This document shows positions 11,883 through 26,574 of a stretch of 64,000 nucleotides of DNA, piece after piece. Origin of the DNA: the human T2T-CHM13v2.0 reference genome, Homo sapiens; NCBI RefSeq assembly GCF_009914755.1, contig NC_060926.1, one strand, 5' to 3'. A program made the translations under genes and the position numbers. The notes beneath the pieces were generated by a model. It saw only the letters and a program-made list of their open reading frames with translations. It ran no database searches and was not told the origin of the DNA. Position 1 is the first letter of the stretch. Each line of letters starts with the position of its first letter.

Positions 11883-14800
11883 TATCTCTGTATTATTTAT
11901 CACCAAATAAAAATTATGGTGTTTATAAAAAATGTAGAGTTAGAACACTATTTCTTTTCATAATAAGTTATGTCACTTATATTTTTTCCACTCCTAAGAA
12001 TGATCAGCGAATCAGAGGAGCTGTTAGGGCAGTTAGACACCATGCGGATCATATTCTGTTGTAACAAATCCTTGTTTATCATAATTCAACATCAACTAAA
12101 TATAGTTGTGAATTTCCAGATGTTGGAAGGTGTTTTCAATAAATTTGGTACTGCAGATGGTTTGGGTGGTCTCCTGGAGTCTCTTTTGATTAGATGTGAT
12201 CAGAAGTATACTTGAGAGCTTAGTCTAGGATAGGAATTGGAGAAGAGGTAGTTCATAATGGTGATGGTTGAGTGTGTTTATGTAGGCAGGAACCATGGGT
12301 TGGGATTGGGGCTGGTTGAGTGTTCTGTATGAAAGACGATTCCAGGCAGGAAGCATGAAAGCAATTTAAGACTGTACCTTCCCTCTGAATGAAAAAGGCA
12401 AAAGAAGAATGGAAGAAGAAGGAAGTCACATTTAGAAGATAAGAATTCTTCTGCTTTCTTGTGAAAGTTAGTGTCCCATTTGAGAATAATATTCTTACCT
12501 AGATCTTCCCAATTGTACTTTTCCTTCTTGCCCAAAAACACTTGCCCATCGTTTCTTCTTCTTCCCTAGAATTTATATCTTTCCAAGCGTCAATACCACT
12601 ATCATCATCTGTAGTCCACAAAATCTCTGTCAATTCTGTGAGCCAGTGTTATTCTGGAGCATACAAAAGCAGACTGACACATGGCCGCTGACTTTGTGGA
12701 AGTTGGTCTCACTGGCTTTGCAGTCTTTGTAGGTATGTGCATTTCTGCACACAAACAAATTCCAATCAGAGGATGGTCAAAGCAAACACCAGATTTTTAG
12801 TTTTAGATTGTTCAGTATAGACTAAAAATTTTATAGGTGTTCACAGGCACCCTGGAAGTACCTGTGCGAGCTGGAGTACTCTTGTGAAGTTTCACAGATA
12901 GAGGAGAGCTTGAGCTAGGCCTGCAGGTAAGGTAGGGTTTGGAATGCTAATTGCAACCTTCATCAAGTTGAATAAATTGAAGTGAGATTTGTATTTAAGG
13001 TTTTGTAGCTTTTTTGTTTTTTAAAATGCAGTGTGTCTGAATCAGGATCTTCTTTATTTCAGCAAGATGAACTACAAGTGTTGGTAAAGGTAGTTAAAAT
13101 CCCCTCTTCTGATTTCATAGTGGTAGAGCCCAAACCCAGTATCTAATATTTATCCCCTGTCCCCTCTTTTATTCCTCATGAATTTTTTCAGATTGGATGT
13201 GTACAGACTCCATTCAAAAATTTTAAAAAGTTCCCATTTCAAAGCTGGTTTCCTTTAATCCCATAGTCCATGTCCAAAGGCCTCTTGTTGCAGTTCTCTC
13301 TTCCTGTAGCAAACACCCACCCTTGGATCTTCCCTGGGACACACAAACCTTGCTGCTGCTTAAGAAATTCCTCCCTGGCTTTCCAGTTGACTTGCACTCA
13401 CCTTGAATATAACTCTCTGAATACCTGTAAGCTCATATCATGAAATTTTGTCATATCATTATAGAAAGCTTTAGTGATTACTCTTTGATCTGCAGCCCTG
13501 TTGCAGAGGTTGCTGTTATATTCATTTCTATGTTCTAGTGAGCAGAACAGAAGTAAAGTGAAGATTAATTCCTTACACTGTTGGTTGTTCAGTATAACTT
13601 TTGCAAGAAGCAACCATTCTCTGACCCTTGGGTTTATTAGCACTGCATGATGCTGGAAAATAATAAATTCCTGATTACCTTTCAGATTTCCCTCATTTAG
13701 ACCATCTTCTCTTTTCAGTACTTACACTGGCACTTACTGTGTAAGACAGAGCCAGGTCCTGCAGATAGGCTGAAAAATCAAGATGGCATGTTGTAAATCT
13801 GAAGTCGGGTGATTTCTGTCGAAGCCTACAGACAGGATTAGGAATGAAATCACAGCCTGCCTTCTGCTGAATGTCTTGAGGGTGAATTATTTCCTAGTAC
13901 TAGTGACTCTTTCTGCACATGTGCGGTTAACCTTAATGGAGTAAAGGCTGTTTTTTAAACCTCTCTTCAGCTTTGGGCCCAACACTATACACAATTAACT
14001 AGTTCACTGCAAATAGGAGACACCTAAATGCACTCAGTGACAGAGAAGAACACTTTACCAACAGTTTGTACTTAAGTCCAAGATTACAATTTCCAAGATG
14101 AAGATTAAACTTTAGTTTTATGCACTTTTGTAACCAAACTAAAGAGATGGACCCTTTAGCACTGCCAGCCCACAATGAAATGTAATATTGGAAGTCACTG
14201 AAGGTGTTATTTGAGGTGCTTTAGGTTGCATGTGAGCTTGTTGTAGAGTAAGTTCCAGTGAAGGTCGTTGGCAAAGGGTTAGTTGTTAAAGATTAGCAAA
14301 GGAAAATTGTCCTTCATCTGTGTGCTTAAGTCACAGAGAAAGCACACATTTAAGCAACTTAGCTTAATTTTCATACCCTGCACAGCCCAGTTCTTAAGTA
14401 TACAACCTGATGAGTTTTAATAAATGTATATATCTATAAAATCACCACAGGCAAGATAAGGAACATATTCATCACCCCAGAATGTTCCCCCATGCCTCTT
14501 TCCATTCAGTCTGCATCCCCCATAGGCACTCTCTACTCTGATTTCAATCACCATAGGTTAATTTTGCCTGTTCTTGAGCATCATCAAAATGAAATCTTAC
14601 AGTATGAACATTTTTGCAGAGTCCGGCCTCTTTTTCTCAGCATAGCATTTTCAAGATTGATCCATGGTGCTGCATATGTCAATAGTTTATTCTTTTTAAA
14701 AAATCGCAGAGCAGTACTTTGTTGTATGAACATACCATAATTGGTTTATCTGTTTTCCTGATAATGAGCATGTGAGTCATTTCCAGTTGTGAGCTGTTAT

Positions 14801-15489
14801 GAATAATGCTGCTAGAGACACATGAGCCTGTCTTTTTTTCTAAGTAGTAGATTCTATTGCTCTGAAGTTACTCATAACATTCTTTTATTATTCTTTTAAC
14901 ATCTATAGGAATTATAGTGATATCCCTCTTTCATTCTTAATATTACTCATTTATGTCTTCTTTTTCTTGATCCCTCTTGCCAGAGGTTTATAAATCTTAT
15001 TCATCTTTTTAAAGAACCTACTTTTTTTTGGTTAATTTTTCTCTGTTTAGGATTAAATCAGAGAGGCAGAACTGCCAAGAGAGGCGTGTGTCTATTAAGG
15101 GATTTGTCAAAGGGGTTTGACCTTACACAGCTCTGGAAGCTGGTTTAACATTTTCTGTAACGCTGTTGCTTTTATGTCTGATGATGGAGTTGGCATCCAC
15201 AGGGCAGGCAGCTAGGAAGGGAAGATAAACGGTAACTGGAGGAGAATAAGGACGTGCTGGAACACATGAGTATGAGCTGGAGCTCATAATTACAAAGCAA
15301 CACTCATGTCAGTTCGCTTTTGGTTTTGGCTTGATTTTGCCTCCAGCCTTGGAGTATGGATATTCCTGCACAAGCTGGGACCCTTTGTCTCAAAATGAAA
15401 GAGACCTGGGGGATGCAAGTCTTCACTATTCCACTTCCTAGATACCAAAAAAATTCTTAAATAGTAAGACCAAAGAACTGTATAGGGTA

Positions 15490-15731
15490 GGGGTTGACAA
15501 ACTTCTTATGTAAAGCCGGACTTTTTATGTCAGCCAAGTATTAAATATTTTTAGCTTTGCAAACCGTATGGTCTGTGATCTGTTGCAGTGATTTAACTCT
15601 GTCATTGTACTACAAGAGCAACACTGGACAATATGTAAATGATTGGCTTGGGCATATTCCAATAAGACTTTATTTACAAAAACAGGCAGTGGGCCAGATT
15701 TGGCTTAAGGGCTTTAGTTTGCCATCCCTTG
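15490..15731 (-). mobile_element. MER58A-like MITE
   Basis: ggggttgacaaact...ttccaataagactttatttacaaaaacagg...gggccagatttgg...tagtttgcc. Confidence 0.8.
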
Positions 15732-16200
15732 TTACAGAGATTGTAATATATTTTCTTATCACGGTATAGTTAGAGTTAATATTATACATTTCATGTTTAA
15801 TGCATATTGATTCACCATCCTTTGTACTATTGTTGTTCAATGTCTTACATCTATAAAGGCCTTAAATCTCACTATGCCCTAATATGATTTTTATATTTAG
15901 CAGTCAATTGTCTGATAAAGAAATGAAGAGAAGGAAAACACTATAGTGTTTTATATTTAGCCCCATATTAATATTTCTGATTCTCTTAATCCCTTCTGTA
16001 GTTCCAAGTTACCATCTAATGTCCTTTCCCTTTCAACCTAGAGCTTCTTTTATTATTTCTTGCCATACAGGTCTGCTGGGGGTGAAATCTTTATTCATTT
16101 ATCTTAAAAAGGCTTTTTTTGGTAGGGGCTGGCATTTTTCAAAGACATAAATATAGAATTCTGAGCTGACAGTAAGTTTTCTCTCAGCATTTAAGAAATG

Positions 16201-16201
<1 letters not shown>

Positions 16202-16250
<49 letters not shown>
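16202..16250. repeat. (TG)24 microsatellite
   Basis: Perfect dinucleotide run. Confidence 0.99.
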
Positions 16251-16254
<4 letters not shown>

Positions 16255-18227
16255 CAGCCTCCTTCTTCTGACGAGATGTCAGGTGACATTGCCATCTTTG
16301 TTCCCTTTTATGTAATGTGTCTTGTTTTTCTCTGTCTGCTTTCAACATTTTCTCTTTCTCATTTGCTTTTAGCAGTTTGATTATAATAAATGTGATTGTC
16401 TTTATCTTGTGGTTCACTGAATTGCTGGATCTGAAGTTAATGTTCCTCAACATATTTGGGAAGTTGTCAGCCATTATTTCTTCGAATATTTTTTGTCTCT
16501 TTTCTCTTTTCTACCTCTGGGCATCCGTTTACACAAAGGTTCGCCTACATGATGTTCTCCACAGGTCATGGAGACTCTATGTGTTTTATTTGTCTTAGTC
16601 TTGAATGTCTCTGTTTTTAGGTTAAGTAATTTCCTTTTTTGTTTTTCAAATTTACTGATCTTTTATTCACTGATGACCGTTTTTCCTTTGTCTTTAATCT
16701 TATTTATAATAACCGCTTTAAATTCTTTGTTAGTTCTCCAACAGTTGCGTCATCTTGTTTTTGTTGACTGTTTTTCTTGCCTTGTTCACGTTTTCCTGTT
16801 TCTCCACATGTTTAATAATTCTTTATTATGTATTGGACATGACAAGGATATGCTATAGAGTGTCTGGGTTCGGTAAACTTCCTCTGAAGAGTACTGATTT
16901 TTTTTCTAGTAGGCAGTTAAATTACTGACTTACTGCCTTGAACTTAAGAAGACTTGCTTTTATGATTTGTTAGGGTGTGTCTGTTTCCATTTTTTTCCCT
17001 AGTCTTGGACCATCTGAAGTCCTGGGCCTGATGTGAGGCCCTTCTGGGGTTTCATGGAAAGCCTGAAATGTTGACCCTTTGACTTTTTGGGGTTTAAACT
17101 GTGGCTGCCCTGCAGTGAGCAGCAGCTGAAGTCTTGTGAATACTTTGAACTTTTATTGGAGCCTCCCTCACAAATGCTTAGTTTTAGGGTCGCTCAAGAA
17201 GTTTAAGGTAGTTTATATACAGACTTTGGGGTTCTCCTCTTTGGGCTCCCTCTTTTTGGGAATATGCTACCTTAATTTTTCACTACTATGCAAAACTTCA
17301 TTCTATGAAACCTCAAGCCAGTGAGACTGTAGCCTTTTGTTTGCTACCTTCCAGACTTGATAGTCCCCTCTGGGGCACAGCCATATAAATGTGAGTCTTA
17401 TTCAGTGTAGTTTCCAGAAAGAATTTAAGGATCAAATCCCTTCTAGTTTCTGCTCACTTTCCCTCACTCTTTAGTGTCATATTGTAAGTGTTATCTGTGG
17501 GAAGATTGTTCCAATACAAGCTTCTCTGCTATTGCCAATGCATAGTTTCTCTGCTTTGTTTTTAAAGAATCCTAGGTTAACTGTTATGTGGATCTTACAC
17601 AGGTAGTGTAGTTTAGCAGCGTGCTCTGGGCTGGGAAGCTGTCTGAATTATCTGTTACCACAGTGCTGCCTTCCCCCTGGTTTTGGTATGCATGCTAGCT
17701 CTTTTCTGTTAGGTACAATATACAATAACCACCATTTCTAGGTTGGCAAGGACCGTATGTATTTAACAGTTGCTCTCCTATCCGGATGCCATGGCTGGAG
17801 GGTAAGCAAGGGACTGCACTTTATTCTGGATACTGGGATGGTGAATGGGTTTTCAGGTAGTAATCCCACCACCTGAGGATCAGTGCCTTCTAAGAGCTAA
17901 CTCAAAAACCAAATATTCATCTGGGAACAGACTACTTGCTGAAACGAACAAATTCCCAGGCAGTTGAAAACCTTTGTGTTTCCTACTGGGAATAACCTGC
18001 ATTCACAAATTCATTAGCCTTTTATGTGGAGTTGATGAATAGCATTCCAGGATTATAAGAATACTTGTAACATCCCAGAATATGCACATTAGTCTCTTAA
18101 CTTTACAAGCAGAGTATTGGTATCCAAATTTACATGGTCTTAACACAAAGCATGTTCTTTTCTACATGAAGGAATACCTGCTAAGGGCCGGGAGAAGTTC
18201 TAAGGAATTAAGTTGTAAGATAGCCTG

Positions 18228-18355
18228 ATTTTTTGTTTTTTAACATGTCTTGCTATGTTGCCCAGGCTGGTCTCAACCTACTGGGCACAAGCAGTCTTCC
18301 TGCCTCAGCCTTCTCAGTAGGTGGGACTGTAGGCATGCACTACTGCACCTGGCAC
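18228..18355 (-). mobile_element. Alu monomer (FLAM-like)
   Basis: tcttgctatgttgcccaggctggtctc...cctgcctcagcc...cactactgcacctggc. Confidence 0.85.
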
Positions 18356-21300
18356 AATCTGGTTTTTAAGAGGCATCCTAGCCAAGGACATTACCTAGCA
18401 GGCTTGGCATGTATATTTTATGCCAATGGCTTGTAGGTTTCATATCACTCTGGATCAGTCACAGTAGACTTACAATTTAAATAGCTTTTAGCCTTTCTTC
18501 AAACCGTACCCAAGAATTTGTTGTGCTTGTGGGTGTTTGAAATATTCTGGCTTTCAGCTTCTTTTATACATTCTCTCTGTCCTACTTTCTCTAGGACCAA
18601 AACCTTATTATCAAGGTGTCATCTCAATTCTGCATTATCTTGCAATTTATTTTTCTGTTTAAAAAAGTAAGGTAAGAGACCACAACCAAGCAACCAAAAC
18701 AAAATGAAAACCTCAGTTTATGCGAGACGGTGAAAACAAAAATTTTTCTTGATCTCCTGTTAAGAGAATAGTCGAAGCACTTCCGCCTTGCCTCTAGATG
18801 TCTGGCTGGCCAGATAGAATCCCTGTTTCTAACCAACAGCTATAAGACGCTTGTGACAAGTGATTCAGAAAGTGGGCATTGTGTGATATGAAGAGCACAC
18901 ACCTATTTTGGGCAATTTATACTATCTTAAAACAGCCCAAGGATATAGCTAGCCTTCTCTCAGTTATTGATTCCATATTTCTTTTCTTCTTCAGTTGCAA
19001 AAAGGAAATACAAATATACACACATAAACTACATGTATGGCTTTGCTTTTCATTTTTAACAAAATCCAAACTCAAGACACCTTTGACAGTTTGATAAGAA
19101 CAGGCAGAAATCTATGAACTGTGCTTAACATGGAACCCTGTTTTAGAAGAAAAATCAAACCTCTCTTTGAGAGGTTGAAGTGAGATATGGGTGCTCTGTG
19201 TTGCAAGGGCATGTCACTGTTACAGTAAGTTATCTGTGTAACACCCTTTCCTTCTTCTAGTAAACTGCATGTGAGAAGAGGGGACTTGGCAAAAGCTTGG
19301 CACTATTTTGTTTATTGGAAAAGGAGAATCGTTATAAATATCACCTTAGGCCCCCAACTCGAGAATATAATACAGTTTTGCAAGTATCTTGAATTTTTAA
19401 TGTCTCCCACCTATTTCTCAGTATATTTTCTTAAATCAAAATTGACAGCTGAGGTTGTCTCAGTATGTTAGCATTATATCTTATTCTTTTAAATGTATGT
19501 ATAGAAACTTTTTTTTCTGGGAATATATCTGTATAACTTTTTGTTTGTTTTGATGTATAAAACTAGCATTCTCCTAGTTTATTTCCTATTAGGCCCATTT
19601 GTTGTAACTAAGTACATATATGATACCCACGTGGAATATTTCATATCCTTTACATCATTACTTAAAATACTAAGGAACATTTTGTTGCAGAAGAAATGAT
19701 AGCAAAAATTAAATATAAACTTACAGAAAATGGTATTTACATAGAAATGAATACATGCAGAGTTTTGCATTAAAAAGCACTCTAATTATCCAAACTATAT
19801 TACAAACTCAGTTTTGTCTTCCAGTCTCAAAGCTGCTAGAATATATATAGCATACACTGTTTTGCTATTATATTCATTGAAAAAGATCTAAAGCATTTTT
19901 GTCGTTGACTATACCTCATACCCCACCAAGCATTGTGACAAAATTAATTAGGGACGGACAAGACAGGCACAGAGAATATACAATAGGACGAGTATATTGT
20001 ACAAATAGATTAAATGATCTAATGAGAGCTAGTGTGTGATGTTTCAGTGTGGTGCAGGCAATCTCTCCTTCTCATGGCTTTATCTTTTTCAAAATCCCAT
20101 ATTTTACTTCGGAAGTTTGTCCTGAGGGTGAATGAGGCTATAAATGAGTGCCAGGTACAGTACCTGGAGCCAGGGTGACTCAGATGTTAGAAGGCTTTGC
20201 TGACTCTGTTTTTTGAGTGAAGAAACTCCTGAAGGTTAAGTAACCTGCTCAGCTTATGTGATTAATAAAAGGCAGAGAGATAATCCCAGCTGAGATCTCT
20301 TACAAGACAAAGCCCCTGCCTTTTCCAGGGCATAGTCATGACATTTTCTACCTTTTTCATTGCTGAGGTTCAGTGTGGTCAAGGACTTTAAAAGACCGGG
20401 ACATGCGGGTGCTACTCTCTGCTGATACATTTCAGTGTCAGTTCCAGGAGCAGGCCTCTTCCTAATGAGGAGGCATCTTGCATGGTGGCCAGATAGTATC
20501 TTACGAGAGGGTTGATCTACTGTTTGGAGATTTAGAGAACACAGATTTTTATAGCTTTGTAACTTTAGAGGCCGATGGGATGACGGCATTTTGGAATATG
20601 TTTAATTAATTTTCATTAATTTAATGAAAATGGATGTTAAAGAGACTATTTAAGAAAAGCATTAGAAGCTGCTGTTAATCAAAGAAGGGGGCTTGAGCAT
20701 TCTTAATTTGTTCTGAAGACCTTGTGTCAGAAAAACACCCCTGACTTCCTTACTAATGAAAGACAGTTTTCAACTCCGGGGCCATTTACAATGTTAGATA
20801 TAAACTCTATTCAACTGTAAAGATTTTATACAGTAATATCTTTTAAATTACACATGGTCACATTTTTATCCACAAAATGTGACTTTCATTCCCCTTTTCC
20901 TCTGGATGTCACCTTTTTTTCAAAATGTTGTTTCTCCACTCAAAGAACATTAGTTACTTCCCCTGGCCATTGTACTGAAACTCCGCAAGTGTTTTCAGTT
21001 GCCTTCCGGTTTCCTGCTGTGATAACAGTGATAAATTATGTTCTGAGGCTGGAATTCATGATTCTGTGGCAGGCCGTGTCAGCATACCTTTCCAACCGTA
21101 TTTCTTACTACCCTACCCTGAGTCCCCTGCTTTAACCAAATTGTCCCGCTCTGCTCTCCTGTGCCCTCTCAGACAGAGATGATTGATTGGTTATGCCTAC
21201 CCACTGTGGGTAGATTTGCTGTCCTGGTAAAACACTCTAATTGTTGAAACATAACATAAAATCCATTTTCCATCTCTGGCCGTTCCTTTTCCTCAGTGTT

Positions 21301-21494
21301 ATTTCACCTTTTATTCTATTGATTCCCAGCTGTGGCTGCCTTTTAGAATCACTTGAGGTTGGGAGAGCATTAAAAAAGGGGGTAGCAGAACCACTGCCTG
21401 GGGCCACTCAAATAAGAATGCCTGGAGGGTGAGGCACATTCTTAAAAGGTCCCCAAGAAATGTTTAAATGTGCAGATAGGGCTAGGAATGGCTA

Positions 21495-21650
21495 ACTTGT
21501 GACCTTGGCCAAGTTACTTAATCTGGCTGGGCCTCAGTGTCTTCTGTAGTAGAATGAAGGATAATAGTACTTATTATTGTGAGGCTCAATCGAGTAATCG
21601 GTGTACATAAGATACAGTGGTGTTACTAGTAGATGCTCAGTCTGTTGGCT
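21495..21650 (+). mobile_element. MIR
   Basis: gtgaccttggccaagttacttaa..gggcctcagt..tctgta..aatgaaggataatagtac core. Confidence 0.75.
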
Positions 21651-22154
21651 ACCATCATTATTACGCTGTTCTTCAGTGTACTCATCTTTCCTTTTCTCTC
21701 CTGTCTACTTCTACTTTAGAGCTCAACTCAAATCCCATTTTTCCAGTGGTTACTTAAGGTTTAAACTAAGTTGCTGCAACAAAGAGACCCAAAAATTCAG
21801 GGTTGAAATGAGACAGAGGATGGTTTCTCTTGTCACACGATAATCCAGTAGTGAGCAGTCCAGACCAATAGAATGGCTCTTCTCTGCACTGACATTCAGG
21901 GCTCCACATTCTTCCCATTTTGCTGGCTCATCGCATGTCCCATCTACTAGCCCATGGAAAGTGTATATGGCATTGGGCTGTTAATTGCCTTTTCTGGTGA
22001 GCAAGTTTTGGGTTCTAAGCATATTTAAGGCTCCCTCAAGGTGAATAATGTTTTGTGTTTCTCTTTGCTTCCCAGGAAGGTACTGAAATCATGACAAACG
22101 CTCTAATTTAGGTGCAGTATTTGTTGAATGAGTCAATGTCAGAACTTTTCTGGT

Positions 22155-23055
<901 letters not shown>

Positions 23056-25446
23056 CCTACTTTTGTCAGTAGCAATTATTTAACCCCAGCTGTGTTCTTC
23101 CTATCATGTGTGTGCTCCTAGGTGTGTGGATAACCTTTTCCCTGGCTGACCATTTCTAGTAGCAGCACCGTGGGGCTTATCAGAATGGAGGGTTGGTGTA
23201 TATATGATGTTGTGGCTGTGTGTATGTATAGCATTCTTATATAACTGTTTTTCATACTGAGAATCTCAGTCCTAGGTCCCCTTTTTAATACTAATTTACC
23301 AAAAAAAGGAAAAATCTTAATGCTGGCTTAACAGCTTAATTCGACAATTCTGCCATAAAATAGATTAAATAAATGACAGAGGGTATGACAAAAGGAGGTA
23401 TGAAGAATCTGGAGTTATTTGGCTGAATTGTGATTTGAAATTTTATGACATTATCTTGGCAGTGTGTTTTCATAGTCATCACAACTTTATTCTTTTTATA
23501 CATTAGTTCTATTCTTGAAAAGCTATACATAGAGAACCCATATATATACACTGAATTTGATTTTCTTGTTGAGTTCCATTATGTCCATAGTATTTGTACA
23601 CAGGCAGTACTGTAGCTTCTGGTTTTTATACAGCAAGTCCATGAGGCCCTTGGAGGTGCTTCTTCAAGAGGGAATAAGAATTTGTTAATTGTGTTCACTC
23701 TTGAAATTTCCCATGCAGAACATGAAGATGATGATGTGCATTTCAACAGTGTTGTGGAAATAATCTTGACTCAGAAGGCAAATGCCTCGTTGAACATGCA
23801 GAGTGCTTTGCATATGGAAGGTGCTAGTGGATTTTGTTTAATCCATAAATGAGGAAGGCACTTCATCTCACTAGGCCTTACTGTTATGAATCAGGAAAAC
23901 TAGAGGGTTGAATGTTGTGGTTTCAGAAGTCCCTTGCAGCTCTAAAATTATTTTATGCAATGATGATTCTATTTTCAACTTAGATTAAAAAACAAAACAA
24001 AAATGATATATAAACAAGTATTTTCAAAGATCCCAGTATACACCTCTGGGGGTCCATGAGTGAGTCTTGCCTGTTTCCCATGTCTTGACTTCTCAATTGC
24101 TTTGTTGGGGAGGGAACTTCCTATTGCTGTGGGGCCCTGGTTCTGGAATTCATGTACATGACTTAGTTACAGAAATCAAATTACTTTTTTTATGGTGCAA
24201 AAGTAAAGCATTCCTAAATGAATATTTGCCAAGCTGAGTGACTGGTGAGGTCATTTTCAATGGGAGACTATATTCCATCATGGCTGGCTTCAGTCTGATT
24301 TATTGCCATCCACTCCTGAAGCCAAGCCAGCTGATGGAGGTGCTGGCAAGAGCTGTGTCTCCAAGCCCATTGTGGAGATTGAGTCGGTTCCCAGCCATGG
24401 CTGAGCAGCCAGGCCAGTGGCACGCTCATTTGGCTGCACTTTGCAGGGGCCATCTGATAAGCATGGCCACATGTTCATATCAGGTGTGCCAAGAGAAATG
24501 CTACCTTGTCTGACACAAAATAGAATTGCTGGAGAACTTTATCTTTTGAGAGAAAATATCTTTAGAGTGTCATTGCCCTGAATGGAGCCCTTGCTCGTGA
24601 AGTTGATAATCTTAGGGTCGGCAAAACAACTGGGTAAGGAGATTGAATCAGTTTCCTGTAACTTCCTGGGGTCAACAGATACTCATGTTCTTTGAGGTTT
24701 CTGAGAGTTTTTATAAACCTACTTTTTCTTCTATTTTTTTCTTTCCTTTTTTTAACCTTTAAAATGGCAATGGCGATGGATTTAGATGCCCTTAATCTAT
24801 CAGATGCCTGTCCAGAACTAGATAAAAAGTTAATGGACCTGTGTTCTACAGGTTGTTAAAAACAAGTGTCATCTCAAACAACACCTGTCATCTTTGCTAT
24901 ATAGAATTAGTGTATGGAAAAGTGAGCCTTAATAAAGGCTCACTTCCTAATATGGTCAGCCATTGCTCTGAAAGAACTGTCTTCTGTGTGAGCTCGCATG
25001 CAAACTCCTGTCTCTCTCTCTCTCTTGCATCCACTCTCCTCCATTCCACTTCCTCACTTTATCATCCTCGCCTAGGAACAGGTAGTTGAGATTCTTACAC
25101 ATGGTACCACCTTTAAGCATTGGCAGAAGTGAGATTAGCCCCTGACTTCCAGCCTCTTTGTTTTTGAGATTCTTTTTGTAACCATATTTCCAGATCTCCT
25201 TTGTTCAGCAGTGAGGAGTGGTTATTAAAAACTTTGTTTGTAGTAAGTGAATGTTTTATGATGCCGCGTAGTTGATAGTTGGTGATACTTAAAAAGAAAT
25301 GGACGATAGCATCTTTATATACGTATAAATATTGATCCTAGGCAATTAGAAGATGCAAGTAGCCTTGTGTGACACCCAAGGCACCTAGCATCTGATTTAT
25401 ACAAGCAGTGGGACAGTTAACAAATGATTCATTAAGATTTTCTCCA

Positions 25447-25741
25447 GGCCGGGTACAGTGGCTTATGCCTGTAATCCCAGCACTTTGGGAGGCTGTGGCA
25501 GATGGATCGATTGAGGCCAGGAGTTCGAGACCAGCCTGGCCAACATGGCGAAACCACATTTCTACTAAAAATGCAAAAACTAACCAGTCACAATGGCACA
25601 CACCTGTAGTTCCAGCTACTTGGGAGGCTGATGCAGGAGAATTGCTTGAACCTGGGAGGCTGAGGTTGTGCCACTGCACTCCAACCTAGGTGACAGAGCC
25701 AGACTTTGTCTCAAAACAAAAAACAAAACAACAAAAAAAAA
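25447..25741 (+). mobile_element. Alu (older S/J-type)
   Basis: ggccgggtacagtggct...gagttcgagaccagcctggccaacatgg...A-rich tail. Confidence 0.95.
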
Positions 25742-26514
25742 TCTCTCATACAACCATAAACCTCTCTTTTTTGAATACCAGTAAGATGTGACTGTCAGTA
25801 ATTCACATGGGGGCTAGGCCATGTCCCTTCTCCCAGCATCAGGAATGACTTGTCTCCCACTACTGCAGCTTCCTGCTGTTTTCCTCAGCTGTGTGGCATG
25901 TGCAGTCCAGAACTCGGACTCCTTGGGTCAGTGACTCCAAGTAAGGCTCTCCCACTGCTTTTTATCTGTGGCACTTTCTTTCCTCTTCAGTTCTCTGGAA
26001 CTTGGGCACTCCATTTCTTCATTGCGTTTGTTCCTTCCGTTATTAAACAAGATGGGGTCTCCAGTGTGCTGGGCATATATCCTGGGAGTACCGACGGGTA
26101 GAGGAGGCTTCGTTGCCGGGTACTTCATTCACTGTTGTGTGTGGTTTCCCTTCCTCCCACGTGTGCCAGCCCCCAGAAGGCAGGGCTGAGTCTTACAAGG
26201 ATGCAGTGTTGGCATTTCAGCACGTGGCAGGCAGCAGATGCCCAGTGAAGGTGGGCTAAATTAGGAGGTCAGTGCTGAGGATTTTAAAGGCTTTCCTTTT
26301 CAGACTGTCAGATGAGGTAACCATCTTCCTTTTTTCTAAAACGGGATAATGTATGTGATGTATCAAGGCAAGTTATCCCCCATCCATTTCTTTTCCTGTC
26401 CTGTATTACGCTATTTCTATTCTCACCGTTCCTTTGAGACCGCCGTACCAACTTCTCCTGCCCTGACTCTCCCCTTTTTCCTTCCTTGCTCTGAGGCCAC
26501 AGACAGCAAGAAAT

Positions 26515-26516
<2 letters not shown>

Positions 26517-26572
<56 letters not shown>
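26517..26572. repeat. (AC)28 microsatellite
   Basis: Perfect dinucleotide run. Confidence 0.99.

Positions 26573-26574
<2 letters not shown>

Larger units (their letters stand above)
14355..17530 (-). mobile_element. Cluster of ancient antisense L1M fragments with a nested MLT1-like piece (about 15050-15400) and a MER58
   Basis: L1M 3'-end motifs (aacatattcatcaccccag, gctgttatgaataatgctgct) and ORF1/5'-region motifs (catatttgggaagttgtcagccattatttcttcgaatatt); boundaries approximate. Confidence 0.7.

Noticed and set aside
17950-17995. ATTCCCAG...CTGGGAAT inverted repeat as a possible pre-miRNA
   Set aside because: Only an 8-bp stem with poor pairing between the arms.
20176-20182. AP-1 TGACTCA site, with others scattered through the window
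   Set aside because: A 7-mer is expected several times by chance in 64 kb and I saw no convincing cluster.
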